Assembly: GCA_964016885.1 (NCBI GenBank)
Contig: OZ024762.1
Span: 5,022,001-5,086,000, forward strand
Reading direction: 5' to 3'
Length of the DNA stretch: 64,000 nt
Source: Eledone cirrhosa
Lineage: Eukaryota
Shown: piece after piece, positions 1-10,619 of the stretch
Numbering within the stretch: the first letter of the stretch is position 1
Layout: each line of letters opens with the position of its first letter
Notes under the pieces: generated by a model
Told to the model about the DNA's origin: nothing
Databases searched by the model: none
What the model saw: only the letters and a program-made list of their open reading frames with translations
Translations under genes and position numbers: made by a program

Positions 1-720
1 TTAGGATTCCTTCGTCAGTTCTTGTAATATCGGAACGGAGCATGCGATAAGTTTATATTTTAGTCCATCACAACTAGTCTCAATCTTAGCGAAAGTAAGA
101 GCCCAGACGGGATAACTCTCTTTCCATTTGCATACCTGTCAACTCTCCCCGTTCGATTTGTGAGATCTCTCACCCACTTTCGGGTGTGTGAGAGATGTCT
201 TCTCTTGTGAAAAAGGGGTATAGCTTTCATTATTTAAAAACTCCCCATTTTGTCTCATTTCTCCCAGATTTGGGGCACTTTTTTTCATAGTAGTAACGTT
301 TGGGTTTTTAGAGGTTGGCAGGTCTGATTCAGGAGAGGTAAATCCCTAATCTGGGATGCCAACTGCTGCGACTTCACTTCCAACCCTGTCTCTTCTGCCA
401 CAAACCCCGACACTGCCTCCTGTAGTGCAGAGGAGAGGAAAATGCCAAATACCGGGGTTTCACAGATCGCTTCATTTTCACGCCGTTTGCTGTCTAGAGT
501 TCAGGTGTCCTAGGTACCCGAACTGCCAAAACAGCAGTCCTCGTTACGGTGCTCCACTGACAAATGAGTTTTATTGTGACACGAGTGTACTGGGTGCATT
601 TTATTGTGTCACCTGCACTAGAGATATTAACATATACTCGGCATGATTGAAGTTGATAAAAACAGTTTTATTTACCAAAACTCTAATGTTAAGTTACTGA
701 CAGTTGTATAAAAAAATCTT

Positions 721-1053
721 CTTCGCCCACTTATTCCTGAGAGGGTCGTGGGGGCAGAGTCCTCAAACACTCCTTCCAGCGAGTCCTGTCTCTAACTGAT
801 CCGGCTGCATCCCCAAGTGTGACCAGCTAAGCTCATGTATGTTTTCCAACCAACTTGTCCTGGGTCTCTTGCCGGTTGGTTTTGCCCTGTAAAATCTGCC
901 CAGCAATTTCCTGAGGCATTCTAACCACATATCCATAGTTTGATATGCCTGGTATAAGGTACATACACAATATTTAAAAGATATTTCTTATACTATGGAT
1001 ATGTGGTTAGAATGCCTCAGGAAAGAATTGCTGGGCAGATTTTACAGGGCAAA
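721..1053. mobile_element. Two RTE-type LINE 3' fragments in inverted orientation
   Basis: Similar to 49930-50190; arms 881-939 and 992-1053 are reverse complements. Confidence 0.7.
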
Positions 1054-1737
1054 GGACACCAGAAGTCTCCACAGATACAGGGTGGTCAACTCTGCCTTGA
1101 TAGCTGTAAGGAGTTGGTTCAGGGACCGAGGACACCAGAAGTCTCCACAGATACAGAGTGGCCATCTCTCTCGTGGGAGCAATGAACTGATCCCAGTGAC
1201 CACGAATGCTGGATGTCTTCACCGCTACAATGATAGACAGTAAAATCTAAGATAATTGTGTTATGCTTGTTGTTTTAATGTATGTAAGGGTGGTGTATTG
1301 TAGCATTTAGTTATGTCCCTTTACGTTCTGAGTTCAAATCCCGCTGAAGTTAGCTTTGCCTCTCATCATTGTGGGGGTCAATAAAATGAAGTACCAGTAA
1401 CACACTGGGGTTGATTTAATTAACTTTCCCCTCTCTCCAAATTGTTGGCCTTGTGTCTTATGCCTATAGTAGAAATCATTATTATTGTTTTAATGTATGT
1501 GAGGGCAATGAATTGTAGCAGAGTTAGCATTGCCTTTCATCCTTATGGGGTCAATAAAATGAAGTACCAGTAATACACTGGAAACGATTTAATCAATTTT
1601 CTCCCCTTCCTTTCAAATTTATGACTTTGTGCCAAAAAGTTGAAGCAATTATTGTTGTTGTTGTCTTGATATTCTTTATACATCTTTCTCCCATTTGGTT
1701 GTTCTATGTCAACAATCTATTGTCTTTATTGTTGTAG

Positions 1738-1889
1738 CTCCAAGATAAGTGATGAAGTGAAGGACTATGTGATACCACTTATTAAGAAGAATGTATGGCA
1801 CAAATCTGACCAACAGAAGAAACTAGCCAACAGTAAAGAAGAATCTTCCAATACTTTGGAAGATTTAGCAGCCAAAGAAATTATCGAAG
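1738..1889 (+). CDS. GPKOW: GPKOW exon (first in window): SKISDEVKDYVIPLIKKNVW...AAKEIIE
   Basis: Acceptor tgtag at 1737; donor gtacac at 1890; VIPLI motif typical of the GPKOW N-terminus. Confidence 0.85.
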
Positions 1890-4800
1890 GTACACAGCTA
1901 GGATCTTTTTTTTCCCCATTTATTTTAATAATCTTTCTCTTATTTTTAATATTTTTTCATTTTCTAAATTTTAATATTGATCTAAAAACATTCCATCATA
2001 ATTTTATGTCAGAACCTTTGTTCCAAACACCAGTTTACATTACTAAATCTATATATAAATTTGAACAACTTCCGTCTGTCCATCACACAATGTGTGTGAA
2101 TGTATGTGTGTGTAAAAGGAAGGAAGAGGATGATGAAAAAACTATAGCAAAACAAGGGCTGGCGTTACCTTTGCTACACTATGTGTATGTGTAAAATGTA
2201 TGTATGTGTTTGTGTGAATGTATGTGTATTTTTGTGTGTCTGTGTTTGAGCGTTTATATTTATATACTCCTAAATATAAATGTATGCATATGCACATACA
2301 CACGCACACACATATATCTACACAAATACACATACATTCACACAAACACATACATACATTTAACACAATCACACACATACGTGTCAGCATGTTGAAAAAG
2401 TTCCTAGTCCCTAAAAATGTTTGATTATTCTCAAATTATTTAAAAATTATAAACTGTCTTTCATTGGAAATATGGTCACAAAAGGGTTAACATGTTTATA
2501 TTTATCTAAAAACCTTCCATCATAATTTTATATAAGAACCTTTGTGAAGTTATGTTCCAAACACCAACTGAATAGTGGAAAAGTTAGTTATATTATTAAG
2601 TCCCTCCAAATTCTATATTTTCAAAATTATCTGAAAATCATAGGCAGTGTCTTTCATTAGAAATATGGTAATGAAAGGGTTAAAGATAGCCAGTGTCTCT
2701 CATTAGAAATATGGTAATGAAAGGGTTAAATATAGGCAGTGTCTTTCATTAGAAATATGGTAATGAAAGGGTTAAATATAGGCAGTGTCTTTCATTAGAA
2801 ATATGGTAATGAAAGGGTTAAAGATAGCCAGTGTCTCTCATTAGAAATATGGTAATGAAAGGGTTAAAGACATAGACAGTGTCTTTCATTAGAAATATGG
2901 TAATGAAAGGGTTAAAGACAGGCAGTGTCTCTCATTAGAAATATGGTAATGAAAGGGTTAAATATAGGCAGTGTCTTTCATTAGAAATATGGTAATGAAA
3001 GGGTTAAATATAGGCAGTGTCTTTCATTAGAAATATGGTAATGAAAGGGTTAAAGATAGCCAGTGTCTCTCATTAGAAATATGGTAATGAAAGGGTTAAA
3101 GACATAGACAGTGTCTTTCATTAGAAATATGGTAATGAAAGGGTTAAAAACAGGCAGTGTCTCTCATTAGAAATATGGTAATGAAAGGGTTAGGGTTAGG
3201 GTTAGGGTTTAACATGTAATGTATTTCATTAGAAATATGGTAATGAAAGGGTTAAAGACATAGGCAATGTTTTCTTTGACTTGAAGCCAACCACCTTACA
3301 GAGTGGACTGGGTGCTTTTTGTCATGGCACTAGTACGACCGCCTTACTGACAAGATATATTCTTGAAAGGATCAGAGCTGATGTCTTGTATAATATTAGT
3401 GGATTAATAATTGAGAGATCACAGCTCCATTACTATGGACTTGTGGTCAGAATGTCTAAATAAAGAATTACTGGAGAGATCAGCTCTGATACTACAGACA
3501 TGTGGTTAAAATGTCTCAGGAATATCGCTGAACAGATTTTATGGATAAAACCAACCGGCAGGAGACTGAGGGGCAGACCCGGCCCAAGATGGTTGGGTAA
3601 CATACATGAGCTCTGCTGGTCACACTTGGGAATGAAGATGGTTGCTTCTGACAGGACCTGCTGGAAGGAGTGTTTGAAGGTTCTGTCTCCACATATAACA
3701 CGCAGACTCACGTAACGCACTGCAATGTGTTACATTCACTGTAACACATCATCATTATCATTGTTTAATGTCCACTTTCCATGCTAGCATGGGTTAGACG
3801 GGTTGTCCCATTTGAGGCAAGTTGGATCAGGTGACCATGTCTTGCTCATATATTACTTTTTCTGGCTAGATTTCTACGGCTGGATGCTGTACTTAATGCC
3901 AACCACTTTATAGTGTGGGCCGGGTGCTTTTTGTCATGACGCCTACACGACCACTTTACAATAACACACACATACACACACATACACACATACACCTCCC
4001 AGGAATATGTGGGCGAAGAAGAAGTTGGACGAGACATTCTCTAGAGATCCATTGTCTGTTTTTAGATGCCAACCGACAGAACGAGGAATGGAATGATAGA
4101 GGCTGTGAAGACACAGGAGTTGCCATTCCTTTACTTCTTCAGAATCAAATTCCTTCAGGTTATGAAACAGATGATAAACTTGATGTCTCTTTAAGACCAA
4201 ATGAGGTAAGTAGTTTTACCTGCTCTATGTGTGTGTCACACTGTCTGATATGTGTGTGTGTGTGATAATATATGTATGTTTATTACTGTGTGTGTGTGTG
4301 TGTGTGAGTGATAATATATATATATTTATTAGTGTGTGTCACTGTCTGATGTGTATGTGTGTGTAATAGTACAAGTATATGTATTACAATGTATTTGTGT
4401 GTGAGAGTGATAATATATGTATGTTTATTAGTGTGTATGGTGATGTCTGGATGTGTATGTGTGTTACTCAGAATGGCAAGGGCCGTAACTCTATGCTAGA
4501 AAGCATGGCGTCCGACCCTCTACCGATACTGCCAATCCACCACCATGTGTGTGTTAATAATATATATTCTATTGTGTTGATAGTGTGTTGTGTGTAATAG
4601 GGGGTTAACATATTATATTGTGTGTTGTGTAATGAAGGGTTAACATATATTTTATTGTGTTGTGTAATACGGGGTTAACATATATTATATTGTGTGTTGT
4701 GTAATAAAGGGTTAACATATATATTGTGTTTCTATTTAAACAGCCCGAGGAAGTTGAATACAATTCCATCCCTATTGAACATTTTGGTAAAGCGATGCTG

Positions 4801-7800
4801 CGTGGTATGGGCTGGAAAGATGGTGAAGGAATTGGGAAAAACAAGAAGTAAGGCCCACAGTTTTATAGGGTTTGTTAAAAGGACCAAGCACTGGTTTCCA
4901 ACAGTTCTGATAGGGGACAGTATCATGGGTATGTGTGTTTATAGGGTGTTCCAAAAAATGTATACACACTTCAACAGAATTCTAATAAATATTGCCTATA
5001 CAGGTAATTAAAGTGTGTATACAGGATGTCCTGTATACACACTTTAATAATGAAGTAGAAGGCAATAAATAGAGTTTTACGTCATCACATTATATTTATT
5101 GCACAATAGGTGTTATACATATTTCCATGGTATCTGTTATGTAATTGTAAACCAGAAAGATATGATTTTGTCAGGGTTTATTTTTGTTGTGACACCTACA
5201 GGACCACTTTACAGTGTGAGCTGTGTATCTTTTGTTGTGTCGCCTACGTGACTATTTTACAGTGTGGGCTCAAGGCTTCACTAGAATTATGCTTCAGTCA
5301 GTCCTCATGGGAAATGTATGGGAGGGTGGGGGTGGTGCATGCTATATATATATGCTTCAGCTTCAGCTTGTACTCATGGGAAGGTGGGTCTTCTGTATTA
5401 CTGCATAATGCCAGAGATCTTGGTCCTGTGTCTTTGAGAGGTGCAATTGAGCAATGCCAGCTTTTATCACCTCATCCTAAGTCTTCCTGGGTCTCTCCAC
5501 TCCAAGGCTTCCATCAACTCTGCACCTTTTTATGCAGCTGTCATCCTTCATATGCATCACATGTCCAAACCAATACAATCTCCTCTCCTGCACATTGCAT
5601 TTGATTCCTCTTATGCCTAGTTTCTCTCTTAGTTTGTTTATGCAAGCTTCCTTTCTTTCTAATCTACGCAAGTCCTCTGAATACAGTACCCAGGTCTCAC
5701 TACCATGCAACATTGCTGTTTGTATGTATGCATCATACAATCTGCCTTTCATTTTGAGGGAAAAACCTTTTGTAGCTAGCAGTGGTAGTAGCTCTCTGAA
5801 CCTCTTCCATCCCATTCTTACCCTGGCTACTGTAATTTCAGAACACCCACTTTGACTGCTAATTTGATCACCCAGGTAGCACAAGCTATCTACTGCTTCT
5901 ACTGAACCTTCCCAGAATTTGATAGCACTTGTTTCCTGTGGCCATTTGCTGCTTACTGCTCTGATGCAATGGTTACATGTAAAACCTGCGTTCTTAGCTA
6001 AACTTCCTGAGATCCCACTATATCTCTTGTGCACCCATAGTTTGCATTTGGGGAGAGGATGGAATTTTTACCTATACCTCTCCTACATATTGAGCTAGGC
6101 CATTTCCCCAAGGGGATCAGGGCTCTGCTTTCTCATTTACTTACGAGGACCTTAATCTTTGTCAGGTTGACTTTAAGACCCCTTGTTTCTAGGCCATGCT
6201 TCCAGGTTTGGAATTTCTTCTCTACTCCCACCATAGACTCAGCTATGAGTGTAAGATCATCCGCATATAGGAGTTCCCATGGGCAACTCCTTTGTTATAG
6301 CTTGCAGTATGATAATAAATAGGAGAGGGCTAAGAACATAGCCCTGTTGGACGCCAACCTGCACACTAAATTCCTCACTATAGTTGTTATTAATCCTAGC
6401 TCTGCTGACTGCTCCCTTGTACATAGCTTGTACAGCCTTCACAAGCCACTCATCTACTCCTAGTTTTCTAAGAGCACACCAGATTATGGCATGGGGCATT
6501 CTGTCAAAATCTTTCTCCAGATCAACAAATGCCAGGTACAGGTATACTATTATATATATATATAAAAGTTCCTGCTATATGGCAGCTACAACTTCAATTC
6601 ATACCTAATATTAGATATATATATATATATATATATCATTGTCCTTAGCTGGGAAAACCAACATTAAATGATGATGATGTTAAACATCCTAAAACACTGT
6701 TTTGTATCATAGAACGAAAGGTGTTTTCAGGTGGTTTGGTAGCTATCAAAGGTGTTAAATGTTGTATGATAAGGGCTGAGGTTACATGTAGCATATTATT
6801 ATCTAAAGGGTCAGTCATCAGTTTTTTGTTGTTTCAGGTTAGTAAATCCAACAGATGTTGTTCTTCGGCCAAAAGGAATGGGACTCGGTGCTGACAAGAG
6901 CACTGTGAAGCAGTTAAACCACAATAAAAACAAACAGTCCAGTAAAGATGGTGATGATGGCCCCTTACTATTAAAGACTGGGTCCCACTGTATTGTGGAG
7001 AAAGGTTCTTCAAAAGGACTTTATGGAACTGTAAGTTGATCTCCCTTTTTTGGTTTTATTTTCAACCCTTTTTCTTAGCATATCTCTCTATATATAAATT
7101 TGAGTGACTTCCGTCTGTCACACAATGTGTGTAATCACATTGTATATGTTGTTTTACCATGGCACCATCACTAGGGAGGTGGCTATTCCCTTGACATGGG
7201 TTGTTTTACCATGACACCATCACTGGGAAGGTAGCTATTCCTTTAACATGGGTTGTTTTACCATGGCACCATCACTGGGGAGGTAGCTATTCCCTTGACA
7301 TGGGTTGTTTTACCATGGCACCATATCTAGGGGTGTAGGCTTTCCCTTGACATGGGTTGTTTTACCATGGCACCATATCTAGGGGTGTAGGCTTTCCCTT
7401 GACATGGGTTGTTTTACCATGGCACCATATCTAGGGGTGTAGGCTTTCCCTTGACATGGGTTGTTTTACCATGGCACCATATCTAGGGGTGTAGGATTTC
7501 CTGTGACATAACTGAAGTCAACTGTTGTCTTTCTATATTATTCAGGTAGTTGGAGTTGATGAAGACAATACCAGAGTGTTAGTGAAACTGTCTATTAACA
7601 GCAACACTATCACTGTCAGCCAGTACAATGTTAGACTGGTCCACAAAAAGGAGTATGATAAATACCACAAATATCTCAGTGAGTTATGTATTATATCACT
7701 CTGTTTAATTGTTTTTACTTGTTGTTTACCTCTTAATGTCCTGTACCACTCGAAACTGCATTAGCAAGACATTCTTGGAAACTACAATACAGCACTATGA

Positions 7801-10558
7801 CTGCATCACATTAAATACTTAAGTCTTTACTTTACCCCTTTAGCATTGACTTTACTCTATATTTACTATTATATTTTTACAGTAAAGGCTTTATCTTACA
7901 TAATATCGAATCTATGAGATTTTGATATTATTTATTTTGAGAACAATACCTTAACATCAGTATGAGAAGCCGGTTTGAACAGAAGGAGGTGAGAGAATTC
8001 TGACCAGATATGGCCGGTTTAAATGCTAAAGGGTTGAATCACTCTGTTGTTTTTACTTGTTTATTTAATTTAACTCTTAATGTCCTGTACCACATGAAAC
8101 CACATTAGTAAGACATTCTTGGAAACTACAAAACAGCACTATGACTGCATCACATTACATACTTTAGTCTTTACTTTGATATTACAAATTTTTACAACAA
8201 TCTGTCAACTAGTAAAGATACTATAAATGTTTGAATTAACAAACCACATGAAACCATAATAGCAAGTCATTCTTAAAAAGTACAAAACAACACTATGACA
8301 TGTGTCCACTAGTAAAGTTACTTTAAATATTGGAATTAACAAACTCATTTTTAGATATTTTTCTTAAATCATTACAGATGTTCAACAGATCTGCCTTAAG
8401 ATATTCTACAGGTCTGCCTTAAGATGTTCTACAGGTGTAAAACAATACAAATATTAATAATACTAAAAAATAAAATGAGAAAATTTTTTTTTTTAATCTT
8501 TTAGCATTTACATTACTCTATATTTACTATTGTATTCTTGTGGTAAAGGCTTTATCTCACATAATATTTACATTACTCTATATTTACTATTGTATTCTTG
8601 TGGTAAAGGCTTTATCTCATAATATTTACATTACTCTATATTTACTATTGTATTCTTGTGGTAAAGGCTTTATCTCACATAATATCAAATTTATGAAATT
8701 TTGATATTATTTATTTTGAGAACAATAACTTAACATCAGTATGAGCAGCCAGTTATGATCGGTTTGAACAGAAAGAGGTGAGAGAATTCTGGCTGGATAC
8801 AGCCGGTTTAAATGCTAAAGGGTTAAACAAAAATATACAGAGTTGAAATGGAACCAATGTGGTGTTTGTTTGTTTGTAGATAAAGTGAAAGTAGACGAAT
8901 ATAAGTTAGAGGAGGAAAGAAAGAAGGACAGTGAAGTGTCAAGGAAAGAAAGTAGCTCAAGAGGCAGTGATAAACGAGGGGAGAAACGGGGGCAAACCAC
9001 CTACGATAATGGTAACTCCTATAAACACAAAAAACATAAATCAGATCATCAAAGGTTTGTACAATTACTGGCTCTATCACCTCTATCATTATTGTCATCA
9101 TCAGCATTATCACCACCACCATCATCATCATCAGCATCACTACCACCATCATCATCAGACATTAGTCCTTCAACAGGAGAGTATAATATTTCAGAGATTA
9201 GTAAATAAAAAATATATATACTATGTTTTCATAAAGAAGTGTTTAACATGCTATATTTTTAACAGTAGCTTCAAACATGTCCAAGTGCCTGATGTTTAGG
9301 TCACAAATTTGATCCCTCTTACAATCTGGGGAGATGGTCAGAAATAGATCTTGAAACCCTAGGTAGTGGTTTGTTCCGTGTATGAACATAAATAAATAAT
9401 ATAATATATCAGCTCTCCCACCTGATTGAGGAGCACTGTTTTCCTTTCACACATCTACCGATATTTTACTACATATACACTTTTTAACACCCCTACCAGC
9501 GTGGAAAAATGGACGTTAAACAGTGATGAAACATTTAAGAATGAATATTGCATTCCTGAAGTTGTACAATCATGGATATATCAATGAAAACCTCTTACTA
9601 ATAATTGTTTCGACTTTTGGGACAAGGCCAGCAATTACCCAGTATATTACTGTACTTTATTTTATCGACCCCGTAAGGATGAAAGGCAAAGTTAACCTTG
9701 GCGGGATTACTAATAATGACTAGCAACATTTGAATTATTAGCCTTCAGCACACTAGAATTTTTTATGAATTACTTCCCTTGACACTGCATTATGTATTAA
9801 GGGCGGTGGATTGGCAGTATCGGTAGAGGGTCGGACGCCATGCTTTGACGTATAGAGTTACGGCCCTTGCCATTCTGAGTTCAAATCCCGCCGAGGTTAA
9901 CTTTGCCTTTCATCCTTACGGGGTCGATAAAATAAAGTACCAGTAATGTACTGGAATAATTGCTGGCCTTGTGCCAAAAGTAGAAACAATTATGTATTAA
10001 GGGGAGATTACTCCATCGGCGACTTAATGCGCCTGGAGCATAAGTAACACTACGCCTAAACGTAATACACTTCTCTCACAATATATACCTCTTTCTCATC
10101 GCTATTTTTTAACTGTTTTTTTTGAAACTTTTGTACTTTGTAAAGTGATTTTATGTATTAGATGTTCCTAATGTTTTTCTGTGTGAATTAATAATAAGTG
10201 TTTTTATAAACTCTGATGAAAACTGTGGTGCTATACTGGCAGAAATGGCGGTCAGTTTAAAAATGCTTTAAATCTTTGGTGTAATTTAAATTTTAATATA
10301 TGTAATGGAATTATTTTGTTATTGGTGATTTATTTCAGAAGTTCTAATGGTGATGGTTCTATTTGGCTCCGTACACAGATCAGAGTCCGGATTGTTGAGA
10401 AATCCTACAAAAAGGGAAGATATTACAAGAACAAAGTAAGTGTTAATAATAATGTTGTTTGTATCTCAATATATGATTACACACACACACGTACTGCACT
10501 ACTACACATAGGTGTGTGTATATATACATATATATATATACACTTACACACATACTGC

Positions 10559-10619
<61 letters not shown>

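Noticed and set aside
131-326. Possible small TIR element (catacctgtcaac ... gttggcaggtctg)
   Set aside because: Only 11 of 13 bases match and no target-site duplication is visible; too weak to call
1-1737. GPKOW first coding exon
   Set aside because: No ATG-initiated exon with a suitable phase-2 donor and GPKOW-like sequence was found; it is presumed upstream of the window
9801-9900. tRNA gene
   Set aside because: A and B boxes are present but there is no cloverleaf, and it is fused to a repeated body, so it is a SINE head
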